Counted from the first letter of the stretch, positions 6,621-17,519 are shown. The stretch is 24,000 nt of DNA from Anaerolineae bacterium (GCA_028285185.1 JANQQD010000106.1:1-24000); one strand, 5' to 3'. Notes: generated by a model not told the origin, from the letters alone. A program made the numbers and translations.

Positions 6621-8020
6621 TGCACGGGGTCTTCCTCCGCTGCGAGCCCTGCCAACTCCATGAGCGGCAACGGTTTCAACGGCGGACGGATGCGATAGTA
6701 CCCGACATCGTCAAGGCCCACACCGCGGGTCTCGGCGATGATCTCGGCAACGGGAAGGCCACAGATGCGACCCTGGCAGGGACCCATGCCGCAGCGCAGG
6801 AAGGACTTGGCCTGGTTGGGGCCGGAACAGCCAAGCCGGACCGCCTCTCGGATGCGGCCGGCGCTGACCTCTTCACAGCGGCATACGACGACCTCATCGG
6901 CCGGGCGCAAGACATCCGGCGGCGGTTGGTAGAGCGCCTCCAACAACGGGCGAACGGCCCCCTCGCGCGCCAATGCCGCACGCATGGGTGCCGCTTGCCG
7001 GTCGCGCTCAGCAGACGACAGGCGATCCAACCTGTGCGCGATGTTCAGGCCCGCCAACCGGCCCTGCCATTCAGCCGCTACGGCACCGAAGATGCCACCG
7101 CCGTCGCCAGCGACCGAGACGCCGTCGACCGTTGTTGCCAACCAGTCGTCCAGCCTTGGCCGGAAACAGCGCTGGGACGCTTCCCAGACGTGCTCGCAGC
7201 CAAGCAGTCGCGTGAGCTGGACATTGGGCACGACACCCTGATGCAGCCCGATCACATCCGCTGCGACTCTTTCTGTCCGCCCTGCTTGGTCAAAGGTCAG
7301 GCCTGTTGCCCCGTCGCTACCATCGACCCTCAGGTTCGTGCAGCCGCGGTACCAGGGCACTCCGGAGTGTGCCAGGGTCCTCATCCAGCGGCGGCCTTTC
7401 AAGAGCGACCGCCAGCCTAAGAGAGCCCGCGGCAGGTGCCGGGCCGCCGATCGATAGGCCCGTCGCGACACCGTCTCGACGATGGCCGCTGGTGGCGCGC
7501 CCGCTTTCACAAGCTGGAGCGCCAGCAGCAGAAGAAGGGGACCGGAACCCGCCAGAACCGTAGGCACGCGAGGGACCAGGCCATCGGATTTCAGCAGGAT
7601 CTGCAGGGCGCCTACGGTCATCACGCCCGGCAAGGTCCAGCCCGGGATTGGCACTGGCCGTTCCAGCGCACCGCTGGCTATCAGCAGATGGCGGGCATGC
7701 AGGCCCTGCGAGCGGCCCTCGCGGCTGTAGTGGATCGTCAGATCCCGCGAGACGTCCCAGACCGTGGATCCCGGACGGTAGTCGAGCGGTGCATCGCGCA
7801 GGGCCTTGGCCAACCTGCCGCCAGCCGCATAGTCGGGGCCGAGAAGGGACAGGGTCTGCCGCCGCAGCGCCTGCATGGTCTCGATGCCGCGATAGATCTG
7901 GCCGCCCGGCATCTGCTGTTCGTCCAGCAGCACCACTGATGCGCCCGTGGCCGCAACCGTCTCGGCAGCGGCAAGGCCGGCCGGACCGGCGCCAACGATG
8001 GCGACGTCGGCGCTATCCAT
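6617..8020 (-). CDS. FAD/NAD(P)-binding oxidoreductase, OoxA / HcnB-like large subunit with BFD-like [2Fe-2S] motif
   Basis: VAIVGAGPAGLAAAETVAATGASVVLLDEQQMPGGQIYRG at the N-terminus. C-terminal Cys motifs VVCRCEEVSAGRIREAV and LRCGMGPCQGRICG. 467 aa. Its start overlaps the upstream stop by 8 nt. Confidence 0.9.
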   Translation of the reverse strand: MDSADVAIVGAGPAGLAAAETVAATGASVVLLDEQQMPGGQIYRGIETMQALRRQTLSLLGPDYAAGGRLAKALRDAPLDYRPGSTVWDVSRDLTIHYSREGRSQGLHARHLLIASGALERPVPIPGWTLPGVMTVGALQILLKSDGLVPRVPTVLAGSGPLLLLLALQLVKAGAPPAAIVETVSRRAYRSAARHLPRALLGWRSLLKGRRWMRTLAHSGVPWYRGCTNLRVDGSDGATGLTFDQAGRTERVAADVIGLHQGVVPNVQLTRLLGCEHVWEASQRCFRPRLDDWLATTVDGVSVAGDGGGIFGAVAAEWQGRLAGLNIAHRLDRLSSAERDRQAAPMRAALAREGAVRPLLEALYQPPPDVLRPADEVVVCRCEEVSAGRIREAVRLGCSGPNQAKSFLRCGMGPCQGRICGLPVAEIIAETRGVGLDDVGYYRIRPPLKPLPLMELAGLAAEEDPVQ

Positions 8021-8318
8021 CCGCCGCCACCTCCGCCGGGCCGTGCTGGCGACGCACCTGCATGCCGTCCCGAACCTCGATCATGCAGGCCTGGCGATTG
8101 GGCACGCCATCGACTTCCACCAGGCAATCGAAGCACACGCCCATCAGGCAATAGGGCGCACGCGGCGCGCCGCTGACGGGCGTGGTGCGGAAGGCGCCGG
8201 CATCGTGGACCAGCAGAGCAGCGGCCAGGCTGTCGCCGGCCTGCGCGTGTATGCTCTGGCCTTCGAACCATATGGTGATACCGGCGGGCCGCACCGCGTC
8301 GTCAATGCGCCGAAACAT
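8013..8318 (-). CDS. small (2Fe-2S)-binding subunit, HcnA / opine-dehydrogenase gamma-like
   Basis: ITIWFEGQSIHAQAGDSLAAALL...APYCLMGVCFDCLVEVDGVPNRQACM. I trimmed the 141-aa track ORF to ATG 8318 (MFRRIDD...). That gives ~101 aa, the usual size, and a 17-nt overlap with the upstream stop at 8302. Confidence 0.8.
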   Translation of the reverse strand: MFRRIDDAVRPAGITIWFEGQSIHAQAGDSLAAALLVHDAGAFRTTPVSGAPRAPYCLMGVCFDCLVEVDGVPNRQACMIEVRDGMQVRRQHGPAEVAADG

Positions 8319-9420
8319 CGAACCGTTGTCCAGTGAAGGCGGCAAAGGCGTTGCGGAAACTGCCGTCGGCGATCGCCGGCGCCAGGACACTGGCGTGGGC
8401 GGCCGCGAGCGTGACGCCGCTGTGGCAGGAGATGGCAAATGCGCCGGGATGCCGCTCCGACGCGTCGTAGACCGGGCAGCCGTCCGGCGTCATGACCCTG
8501 AGTGCACCCCAGGTGCGAACAACGCGCAGATGCGCCAGGGCGGGAAAGGTGCGCAGGGCGCGGGCGGCAATGTCCTCGGTTACGGCCACAGTCGTGCCCG
8601 TGTCGAAGCCCACATCCTCATGACTGTCGCCCAGCAGCACCGTACCTTCCGCCATCTGGCGAACATAAGTGGTCGGGACGTCCAGCCACGGTTGCGCCCG
8701 CTCAGTTACCAGGACCTGCCCCCGCTCCGGAGTGACCGGCACATCCAGACCGACCCAGGCGCCCAAAGGGCGGTTGGCCAGTCCCGCGGCCAGCACCAGA
8801 GTGCTTGCGCTGTAGACCTCCGCGCCGGAGCGGACCGAGAAGCTGGCGCCAGCGCAGTCGATCCTGTCGACGCGGCGGCCCGGAAGATAGGCTATGCCTT
8901 GCTCTTGGCCGGCCGAGTGCAGCGCCTGCAAGAGGGCCAGCGGATTGACGCAGCCGTCATGCGGACAAAACGTCCCGCCCACGACGGCGTCGCCGATACC
9001 GGGCAGGGATTGGCGCACCTCGTCGCGGTCCAGCACGCGGCAATCATAACCGTCCGGCCCGGCCTGGTTGTGCAGGCGCTTGATCAGGAGTGCGCGTGCT
9101 TCCAGCTCCGCCTCGCTCAGGCACAGATGGAACCCGCCTTGCCGCTGATAGGCGATGTCGCGGCCGGTCTCGCCAGCCAGCCGCTCCGCGAAGGCCGGCC
9201 ACAGATCCGACGAGCGCCGCGTCCAGGCGGCGTAGCCGTCGAGCGGCAGGCCCTTGCCCTGGACCCAGACCAGGCCGAAATTGCCGCGCGAGGCGCGCAG
9301 CGCCACGTCGCCTTCGTCCAGCAGGGCGACCGAGCGGCCGGCATCGGCAAGGCCCAGCGCGACGGCGGAGCCGACAAGGCCGCCGCCGACCACGATGGCG
9401 TCGTGTACCGTGCTGCCCAT
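8302..9420 (-). CDS. FAD-dependent oxidoreductase, DAO family (HcnC / D-hydroxyproline-dehydrogenase beta-like)
   Basis: AIVVGGGLVGSAVALGLADAGRSVALLDEGDVALRASRGNFGLVWVQGKG. 372 aa. It starts 2 nt after the ABC ATPase stop. Confidence 0.9.
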   Translation of the reverse strand: MGSTVHDAIVVGGGLVGSAVALGLADAGRSVALLDEGDVALRASRGNFGLVWVQGKGLPLDGYAAWTRRSSDLWPAFAERLAGETGRDIAYQRQGGFHLCLSEAELEARALLIKRLHNQAGPDGYDCRVLDRDEVRQSLPGIGDAVVGGTFCPHDGCVNPLALLQALHSAGQEQGIAYLPGRRVDRIDCAGASFSVRSGAEVYSASTLVLAAGLANRPLGAWVGLDVPVTPERGQVLVTERAQPWLDVPTTYVRQMAEGTVLLGDSHEDVGFDTGTTVAVTEDIAARALRTFPALAHLRVVRTWGALRVMTPDGCPVYDASERHPGAFAISCHSGVTLAAAHASVLAPAIADGSFRNAFAAFTGQRFDVSAH

Positions 9421-9422
9421 GG

Positions 9423-10425
9423 TTACGCCTGTGGGGCGGCTGCCGCAGCCTCACCGCCATGTTCCGGATCATAGAGGTGGCAGGCCACGCCGCGATCGCC
9501 GTCGATCGGCGTCCAGCGGGGGTACACGGTGCGGCACACCGCCATGGCATGCGGGCAGCGCGGGTGGAAGTGGCAGCCGCTGGGCGGTTTGACTGCCGAG
9601 GGCACCTCGCCTTCGATCCTGGTGAAGACGCTTTTGGTCGTCGGGTCCGGCACCGGCGACGCGTCGCGGAGCGTGCGGGTATAGGGGTGCAGCGGTTCGT
9701 TGAACACGTCCGGGATCGGGCCGATCTCCACGATCCGGCCGAGATACATCACCGCCATTTCCTGGCAGAAATAGCGAATGACGCCCAGATCGTGGGAGAT
9801 GAAGACGAAACTGAGGTCGTGGCTTTCCTTCAGCCGCTTCAACAGCAGCAGGATCTGCGACTGGATGGAGACGTCCAGACCCGACACAGGCTCGTCCGCT
9901 ACGACCAAGTCCGGCCCCAGGGCCAGGGCGCGGGCGATGCCGATGCGCTGGCGCTGGCCGCCACTGAATTCGTGCGGGAAGCGGTCTGCCGCTTCCGCCG
10001 GCATACCCACTTCGTCCAGCAGCACGCGCACGCGTTCGCGCGCCTCTGCACGGTCGGCGACACCGTGCACCAGCAGTGGTTCCGCCAGGGCGGCGCCGAT
10101 GCGCTTGCGCGGGTTCAACGACGAATAGGGGTCCTGAAAGACGATCTGCATACGCCGACGGAGGGATCGCATTGTAGCGGTGCCGGCATTCAGAACCGGG
10201 ACGCCGTCGAATTCCACGGATCCGCCATCCGGTTCGACCAGCCGCAAGAGGCAGCGGCCGGCGGTGGACTTCCCGCAGCCACTCTCGCCCACGAGTCCGA
10301 AAGCCGTGCCCTTGCGCACGGTGAACGAGATTTCGTCCAGTGCCCGCACGGTCACCGTCTTGGGGTTGGGAAACCCGCGCCGCACATGGAAGTGCTTCTT
10401 CAGGTCCGTGACCTGCAGGATGGGC

Positions 10426-10433
<8 letters not shown>
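9423..10433 (-). CDS. ABC transporter ATP-binding protein (DppF/OppF-like, peptide/opine/nickel family)
   Basis: Walker A GESGCGKST, signature FSGGQRQR, Walker B LVVADEPVSGLD, and a C-terminal oligopeptide-transporter Cys/His tail GCHFHPRCPHAMAVC. Start trimmed to ATG 10433 (MTEPILQVTDLKKHF). It overlaps the upstream stop as ATGACTGA. Confidence 0.92.
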
Positions 10434-11459
<1,026 letters not shown>

Positions 11460-11460
<1 letters not shown>

Positions 11461-12359
11461 CAGTCGGTGCGAGTCTTTGGATCGATCACGTCGCGCAACC
11501 CGTCACCGATCAGGTTGAGCGAGAAGACGACCAGCAGGATGGCAAGGCCAGGGAAGACGGAGAGCCACGGCGTGTCCAGGATGTTTTCGAACCCTTCCCG
11601 GATCATGCCACCCCAGGTCGGCGTCGGCGGCTTGACACCAAGCCCGATGAAGCTGAGCGAGGCTTCCACGCGGATCGCAGTGGCCAGCCAGAGCGAGCCC
11701 ATGACCAGGATTTCCGACAGGATGTTGGGCAACACATGCAGCACCATGATGCGCAGGTCGCCGAAGCCGAGCGCCCGGCACGCTTCGACGAAGTCCCGCT
11801 CTTTCACCACGATGGTCGGTGCGCGCGCGATGCGGGCGAAGGGGGGGATCGCGGTCAGCGAGATGGCGATGATCAGGTTCTGGATGCTGGGGCCCAGCAT
11901 GGCCACGATCACCAGGCCCAGGATTAGAGCAGGGAAAGCCAGCAGCACGTCCATCGCCTGCATGATCACGGCGTCGACGCGTCCACCGCGATAGCCGGCG
12001 TAGAGCCCGATGGCCGAACCGATGATCATCGCGGAGCCGATGGCGGCAACGCCTATGAACAGAGAGATGCGAGCGCCGTAGAGCAGGCGTGAGAAGATGT
12101 CCCGCCCGTAGCTGTCGTTGCCCATCCAGAATTCCGCACTCGGCCCGTCGAGGCGAGACAGGATGTTCTGTTCCAGCGGGTCATGCGGCGCGATGATGGG
12201 TGCCAGGAGCGCCAGCACCACCACGATCAGGAAGATGACCACGCCAACGGAGCTGAGACGGTTGGCGCGAAACGCCTTCAGCGCCTGGGCGATCAGCAGC
12301 GCACGTCCGGTCTTCGCCGGAAGAGGAGGAGGGGACCCGGCTTCGGCGGCGACGGTCAT
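11460..12359 (-). CDS. ABC transporter permease (DppC/OppC-like)
   Basis: Multi-pass hydrophobic protein with N-terminal ...APHDPLEQNILSRLDGPS and the family motif GNDSYGRDIFSRLLYGARISL. I trimmed the 551-aa track ORF to ATG 12359 (MTVAAEAG...), which overlaps the upstream stop as ATGA. Confidence 0.9.
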
Positions 12360-13297
12360 GAGTACTTCACCCGCGGGTCGATCATGCCATAGGTCAGGTC
12401 CGTCAGCAGGTTCACGATGATGATGATGAAGGTGTAGATCACCATCAGCCCCTGCAGCATGGTGTAGTCGCGCTGGCCCAGTGCGCCGACGATCAGCTTG
12501 CCCAGGCCGGGCCGGTTGAACACGATTTCCGTCAGCACTGAATTGCCGATCAGGATGCCGAGATAGAGCCCGACGACCGTGACAACCGGGATTAGCGCGT
12601 TGCGCAGAGCATGGATCCAGATGATGGACCGGTGCGGCAGGCCCTTGGCCTGTGCTGTGCGGATATAGTCTTCCCCCAACACGTTGAGCATGGAAGAACG
12701 CGTCACGCGCGTAATGTAGGCGGCCATGATCAAGCCGAGATTGATCGCCGGCAGCGCCAGGTTTTCCAGGCGTTCCAGCGGGTCGCTGCGGTCGCCCGCA
12801 CTGATCACCGGAAACCAGTTGAGATAGATGGAGAAGACCAGCAGCAGCAGGATCGCGGAGACGAAAGCGGGGAACGACAGCCCCAACAGCGAGCCGATAC
12901 GCGTCACATAGTCGATCAGGCGGTTGCGATGCAGTGCCGACCAGACGCCGAGCGGGATCCCGACGATGGCGCCCAGGATCAGCGAGGCGACCGTGAGATC
13001 GATGGTGTAGGGCAGAACGTTCGCGATCTCGCCCAGCACCGGCTGGCCGGTGACCATGGACGCGCCCCAGTCGCCGGTCACCGCGTTCCGCAGGAACTCC
13101 ACATACTGTTCCCACAGCGGCCGATTGAGGCCGAGGCGCTCGCGCAACGCAGTGATGGCTTCCTGGCTCGCCTGGTCGCCGAGGATCGTCTGCGCCGGGT
13201 CGCCGGGCACGATCCGTACCAGGACGAACACCAGCGTCATCACCGCCAGCAGTGTCGGCAGGGCATAGAACAGTCGACGCGCCACGTACGCCAGCAT
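12356..13297 (-). CDS. ABC transporter permease (DppB/OppB-like)
   Basis: MLAYVARRLFYALPTLLAVMTLVFVLVRIVPGDPAQ is the canonical DppB/OppB N-terminus. Also ...YIRTAQAKGLPHRSIIWIHALRNALIPVVT. 313 aa. Confidence 0.92.
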   Translation of the reverse strand: MLAYVARRLFYALPTLLAVMTLVFVLVRIVPGDPAQTILGDQASQEAITALRERLGLNRPLWEQYVEFLRNAVTGDWGASMVTGQPVLGEIANVLPYTIDLTVASLILGAIVGIPLGVWSALHRNRLIDYVTRIGSLLGLSFPAFVSAILLLLVFSIYLNWFPVISAGDRSDPLERLENLALPAINLGLIMAAYITRVTRSSMLNVLGEDYIRTAQAKGLPHRSIIWIHALRNALIPVVTVVGLYLGILIGNSVLTEIVFNRPGLGKLIVGALGQRDYTMLQGLMVIYTFIIIIVNLLTDLTYGMIDPRVKYS

Positions 13298-13328
13298 GGG
13301 CCGCGGCTACTCCTTGTTCAGGGAAGCA

Positions 13329-13360
13329 CGGATGGCCCGTCCGGTGGCGGGCGGGCCATC
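13329..13360 (-). promoter_or_regulatory. intercistronic stem-loop between the substrate-binding-protein gene and the permease genes
   Basis: Perfect 10-bp inverted repeat GGATGGCCCG (13329-13338) / CGGGCCATCC (13351-13360). It lies in the only sizeable internal gap of the operon (13298-13379). Confidence 0.45.
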
Positions 13361-13379
13361 CCGATTGTAGCCCGAAGGC

Positions 13380-14957
13380 TCAGTTGGTCACGAACTGTGT
13401 CTGCTCGGTGATCGCGGGTCCGAGCGTCAGCGATCCGGTCAGCTCGTAGCCCAGATCGAGGTAGTTGTGCCGCGCCCAGATCTGCAGATTCTCGTAGATC
13501 GGAATCGAGCAGAAATTTTCCATCAGCAGGCGCTGCGCGGTCTCCCACTGTTCGCGCTGCATGTCGGGATCGGTCTCGACACGGGCCGCGTCGATCTCGG
13601 CATCGGCGTCGCCACAGTGGGAGAAGTTGGTCACGCCGGACGGCGTGTTGACGATGCTGCGGGAGTGGTAGAACTGGGTCAGGTAGATGTCGGCGACGGG
13701 GAACCGCGCGGCCGAATAGTGCACGACCTGGCTCAGGTCTTCACGGATCTGGGCGTGGAAGGTGGCGTGCTCGACAACCTCAAGATCGATGTTGATGCCG
13801 GCGCGCGCCATCTGGGCCTGGAACACCTCCATGGTGCTCAGCATGCCCGGCAGGGCCGTGTGGATGACGGATACGGTGATGCCGTCCGGATGGCCGGCTT
13901 CCGTCAGCAGCTCGCGCGAACGGTCCAGGTCGAAGGCCGGCATCAGCTCGCTCATGTCGGCGAAGCCGAGATAGCCCTGCGGCACGATCGACTGAGAGAC
14001 GCGGGCGGTATCGCGACCCTTGAAGTCCATGAACTCTTCCCGGTCGACCGCATGGGCCATGGCCTGGCGCACGCGGATGTCGTCCAGGGGCGGCGTGCTG
14101 GTGTTGAGGTGCATCACCGACATTTCCGCCGGCTCCATCACATGGACGGTGACGTCGGGAAGCTCGCGGATGCGCTCGACCCAGGTCTGATCCTGGCGGC
14201 CATAGATCAGGTCGATCTCGCCCGACTGGAAGGCCAGGTCGCGGGCGCTGTCGGACGGGATGTAGCGGTAGAGGATGCCGTCAAGCACCGGGGCGCCGCG
14301 GAAGTAATCCGGATTGGCGACCAGGCTCAGCGACTGCTGCGGGCGGTATTCATCGAACATGAACGGGCCGGTACCGATGGGCTGGTTCTGGAAGTCCTCC
14401 CCCATCTCTTCCGCAGCAGCGGCACACACGATGTTGCCACCCTGATAGTTGGTGACCAGGCCCAACAGGCTGGGCACGGGATGCGAGAGAACGATGCGCA
14501 CCGTGTAGTCGTCGACCGCTTCGATCGTCTCGAAGGCCTCGAAATCGCTGGAGAAGCTGGACCGGTCCGGGTCGGCGGCACGCTTGAGCGAGTAGACGAT
14601 GTCGGCAGAGGTCAGCTCGCCATAGCCGTGATGGCACTGGACGCCCTGGCGCAGATTGAAGGTCCATTCCAGGCCGTCGTCGCTGGCCGACCAGCTCTCC
14701 GCCAGGTCCGGCTCGATCGATTCCGGCGACGACGATCCCGGCGCGAACCGCACCAGGCCGCTGAACATCCAGCCGAACACGGCCTTGTCGACTGTGGTGG
14801 CCGACAGATGCGGGTCCAGCCGTCCGGCATCGGACGACGCCATGCCGATGTTGAGGATGTTGGTGTCCGGCCCCGCCAGGGCTGTGCCATCGCCAAGACT
14901 CAGGGTCAGGGCACCGGCGGCAAGCGTTGCCGCCGTTATCAGGCCTGTTCGTTTCAT
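13380..14957 (-). CDS. ABC transporter substrate-binding protein, family 5 (peptide/opine/nickel type), secreted
   Basis: Signal peptide MKRTGLITAATLAAGALTLSLGDGTALAGP, followed by a ~500-aa family-5 SBP body. Start trimmed to ATG 14957, which has GGGAGA 8 nt upstream on the minus strand. Confidence 0.92.
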   Translation of the reverse strand: MKRTGLITAATLAAGALTLSLGDGTALAGPDTNILNIGMASSDAGRLDPHLSATTVDKAVFGWMFSGLVRFAPGSSSPESIEPDLAESWSASDDGLEWTFNLRQGVQCHHGYGELTSADIVYSLKRAADPDRSSFSSDFEAFETIEAVDDYTVRIVLSHPVPSLLGLVTNYQGGNIVCAAAAEEMGEDFQNQPIGTGPFMFDEYRPQQSLSLVANPDYFRGAPVLDGILYRYIPSDSARDLAFQSGEIDLIYGRQDQTWVERIRELPDVTVHVMEPAEMSVMHLNTSTPPLDDIRVRQAMAHAVDREEFMDFKGRDTARVSQSIVPQGYLGFADMSELMPAFDLDRSRELLTEAGHPDGITVSVIHTALPGMLSTMEVFQAQMARAGINIDLEVVEHATFHAQIREDLSQVVHYSAARFPVADIYLTQFYHSRSIVNTPSGVTNFSHCGDADAEIDAARVETDPDMQREQWETAQRLLMENFCSIPIYENLQIWARHNYLDLGYELTGSLTLGPAITEQTQFVTN

Positions 14958-15000
14958 TTTTGCATCTCCCTGTTGCTGGTTACCCCGCCGCTGCATTGTC

Positions 15001-16134
15001 TCACGCCGCCCGATGGCCGGCGCGCTGGAAGCGGCTGATCGAGAAGGCATCGATCGGCGTCGACGTCCTTCCGTCCACCACCAGCTCGGTCACGATCTCC
15101 CCGATTGCGGGGCCGAGCTGGAACCCATGTCCGCTGAAGCCGAAGGCATGTACCAGCCCCGGCGTGGTTGTGCTGGGGCCGATCACTGGGATTTCGTCTT
15201 CGAAGTATCCCTCGATCCCGGACCAGCTTCGGATGACCGTGGCGTCGGCAGCCCAGGGCAGCGTCTCCGCCAGCCGCGCTGAGGCGGAGCAGGAGACGTC
15301 GGCCATCGGGCGTGCGACGATCCGTTCGCGGTCGGCCCATCCCTTACCGCCGCCGAAGATCAGATTGCCGCGCGGGATCTGACGGACATAAAGCCCGGCG
15401 CCGCACACGCCGATGTTGACCGGAAGCCGGTACGGCACCGGCTCGCTGACCAGCATGTTGGGCGCCATGACCTGGATCGGCGCACGCTCGCCGAACCACT
15501 TGGCCACGCGATCGGACCAGGCGCCGGCGACGTTGATGAGGCTGCCGGCGGTGAATCGGCCGCCGCGATCGGTTTCCAGCCGGAAGCCGGCCGCGTCCCT
15601 CGCGACACCGGTGACTGCCTCATGCTCGTGGATCTCCGCGCCGGCGCGGGCGGCGGCGCGGGCGAAGGCCGGGGCCACAAGGCGCGGATTGGCTTGTCCG
15701 TCGCTGGGGCAGAGGGAGCCGCCGACGACGCCCGAGACCATGCCTGGATACGCGTCGGCCAGGGCATTTGCCCCCATCATCCGGATTTCGAGACCGTGTT
15801 CAGCGGCCACGGCCGCAAAGGCCTCGAGGTCGGCCATCTGCGCGTCGTTGCGGGCCAGTTTCAGATGACCGGTGGCGGCGAATTCGCAGTCGTCCCCGAC
15901 GATGTCCGGCAGACGGGGCCAGATTTCTCGGGACCGGCGGCTGAGCGGCAGTTCAGCCGGATGGCGCCCCTGCTGGCGCACGCCGCCGTAGTTGACGCCG
16001 CTCGCCTGGCTGCCGACGGTGCGGCGCTCGAACAAGGCGACGGTGAGGCCGCGCTTGCGCAGGGCAAGTGCTGCGGAACAGCCGGCAGTCCCGCCGCCGA
16101 TGATCGCCACATCCACATGCCAGGCGGCGATCAT
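15001..16134 (-). CDS. FAD-dependent oxidoreductase, DAO family (opine oxidase subunit B-like)
   Basis: VDVAIIGGGTAGCSAALALRKRGLTVALFERRTVGSQASGVNYGGVR and HAFGFSGHGFQLGPAIG. Paralogue of 5460-6620. Start trimmed to ATG 16134, overlapping the upstream stop as ATGA. Confidence 0.9.
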   Translation of the reverse strand: MIAAWHVDVAIIGGGTAGCSAALALRKRGLTVALFERRTVGSQASGVNYGGVRQQGRHPAELPLSRRSREIWPRLPDIVGDDCEFAATGHLKLARNDAQMADLEAFAAVAAEHGLEIRMMGANALADAYPGMVSGVVGGSLCPSDGQANPRLVAPAFARAAARAGAEIHEHEAVTGVARDAAGFRLETDRGGRFTAGSLINVAGAWSDRVAKWFGERAPIQVMAPNMLVSEPVPYRLPVNIGVCGAGLYVRQIPRGNLIFGGGKGWADRERIVARPMADVSCSASARLAETLPWAADATVIRSWSGIEGYFEDEIPVIGPSTTTPGLVHAFGFSGHGFQLGPAIGEIVTELVVDGRTSTPIDAFSISRFQRAGHRAA

Positions 16135-17519
16135 GCGGCGACCGTCATATCGGCGGCCGCGTCGGCCAGGGCTGAGATGGGAACCGGCTTGATCGGTGCC
16201 TGCCCGCGCAGGCGACCGGCTGCCTCGATCGGGCGCTGCAGCGCACCGGCGATCACTTCGGCCGCCGCCGGCCCGCAGACGCGGCCCTGACACCGGCCCA
16301 TGCCGATGCGGCAGAAGGCTTTTGCGCGATTGATGTCATGCGCCCCCAACTCTGTCACAGCGTCCCGGACCTCGCCCGCCGTGACGGCCTCGCATCTGCA
16401 GAGAATAGCATGATCCGCCATGTCGCGCGCGAGATGGTGCGGAAAGGAGAAGGCCCTCTCTAGACCGCGGCGGAAGCGGTCGATGCCCGCGATGCGCTGA
16501 TCGATTTTCTGCACGCGGGCCCGGTCGACCGGGCGGCCGAGATCCTCCAGCACGGTCAGCGCCGCGCGCTCGCCCGCAAGTTCAGCGGCATCGGCCCCGC
16601 GGATCACCGCGCCGTCTCCGGCGACATAAATGCCAGGCACCGAGGTACGGCCCGCGCCGTTCTGGGCCACCACCCATTGCCGGGTCAACGGGTCGAAGCG
16701 GAAGTCGCAGCCGGCCAGATCGGCCAGCTGATGCTCGCATTTCAAGCCATAACCGATCGCCACGGCATCGCAGGCGATATGCCTCTCCCGGCCGCCGGCC
16801 GTGCGGACCACGACGCCTGTGACATGGCTCTCACCTTCGATCCGGACAGGTGTGCCGGCGTGCTGGTAGCGAAGTCCACGGCTGGCAAGCCAGGCCATAT
16901 AGTAGAGGCCCTTGGCGCCGGTCCCAGCGGCGGAAAGCAGGTCGGGCAGGGCGCGCAGCTTGGCGGCGCGCGGGGTCGTATCGACGATTCCGGCAACACC
17001 GGCACCGGCGCGCGCATACTGATAGGCCACATAGGGCAACAGTGGACTTGAGCCGATGAAACAGGTGCGATCGCCGATGGCGCAGGCTTGGTGCTTCAGG
17101 GCAACCTGTGCGCCCCCCAGTGTGTAGACGCCGGGCAGCGTCCACCCCGGTAACGGTATGACGCGATCCATCGCTCCTGTAGCGAGGATCAGTCTGTCAA
17201 AGGAAAGGGTCTCAGTTCCGTTGTCGTGCAAGAGGCATAGCCGCCGACCTTCCAGCGACCAGACCAGAGTGCGCGGGCGATAGTCGACGGTGTTCTGCTG
17301 ACCGCCCAACGCCGTATGCAGCCCGCGCGCTTTTGCCGCCTCGAAGCCGTACAGAGCTTTGTAGGGGCGGCGGAACTGCGTCGGCTGGCGGCGGTAGATC
17401 TGCCCACCTGTCTCTGGCGACTCGTCCAACAGCGTCGGACGCAGCCCGGCAAGCGCCAAAGTCTGTGCCGCCCTGACGCCGGCAGGGCCCGCGCCGACGA
17501 TGACGACACTTTCAGCCAA
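16131..17519 (-). CDS. FAD/NAD(P)-binding oxidoreductase, OoxA / HcnB-like large subunit
   Basis: VVIVGAGPAGVRAAQTLALAGLRPTLLDESPETGGQIYR, with Cys motifs ILCRCEAVTAGEVRDAV and FCRIGMGRCQGRVCG. Paralogue of 6617-8020. The TTG start overlaps the upstream TGA. Confidence 0.9.
   Translation of the reverse strand: MAESVVIVGAGPAGVRAAQTLALAGLRPTLLDESPETGGQIYRRQPTQFRRPYKALYGFEAAKARGLHTALGGQQNTVDYRPRTLVWSLEGRRLCLLHDNGTETLSFDRLILATGAMDRVIPLPGWTLPGVYTLGGAQVALKHQACAIGDRTCFIGSSPLLPYVAYQYARAGAGVAGIVDTTPRAAKLRALPDLLSAAGTGAKGLYYMAWLASRGLRYQHAGTPVRIEGESHVTGVVVRTAGGRERHIACDAVAIGYGLKCEHQLADLAGCDFRFDPLTRQWVVAQNGAGRTSVPGIYVAGDGAVIRGADAAELAGERAALTVLEDLGRPVDRARVQKIDQRIAGIDRFRRGLERAFSFPHHLARDMADHAILCRCEAVTAGEVRDAVTELGAHDINRAKAFCRIGMGRCQGRVCGPAAAEVIAGALQRPIEAAGRLRGQAPIKPVPISALADAAADMTVAA

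Noticed and set aside
8013-8318. The 2Fe-2S proteins (8013-8318 and 17512-17826) as electron donors for the P450 domain.
   Set aside because: They have the HcnA/gamma-subunit Cys pattern and are translationally coupled inside the dehydrogenase modules. They do not look like adrenodoxin/putidaredoxin-type ferredoxins, and no reductase accompanies them.
8013-8438. Long N-terminal extensions given by the ORF track for several genes: 8013-8438, 9423-10502, 13380-15050, 15001-16293 and 21474-22535.
   Set aside because: The extensions are low-complexity and overlap the upstream gene. Internal ATGs give canonical N-termini (signal peptide, Rossmann GxGxxG, ABC beta-strand) and classic ATGA-type coupling with the upstream stop. 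The genes were trimmed accordingly.
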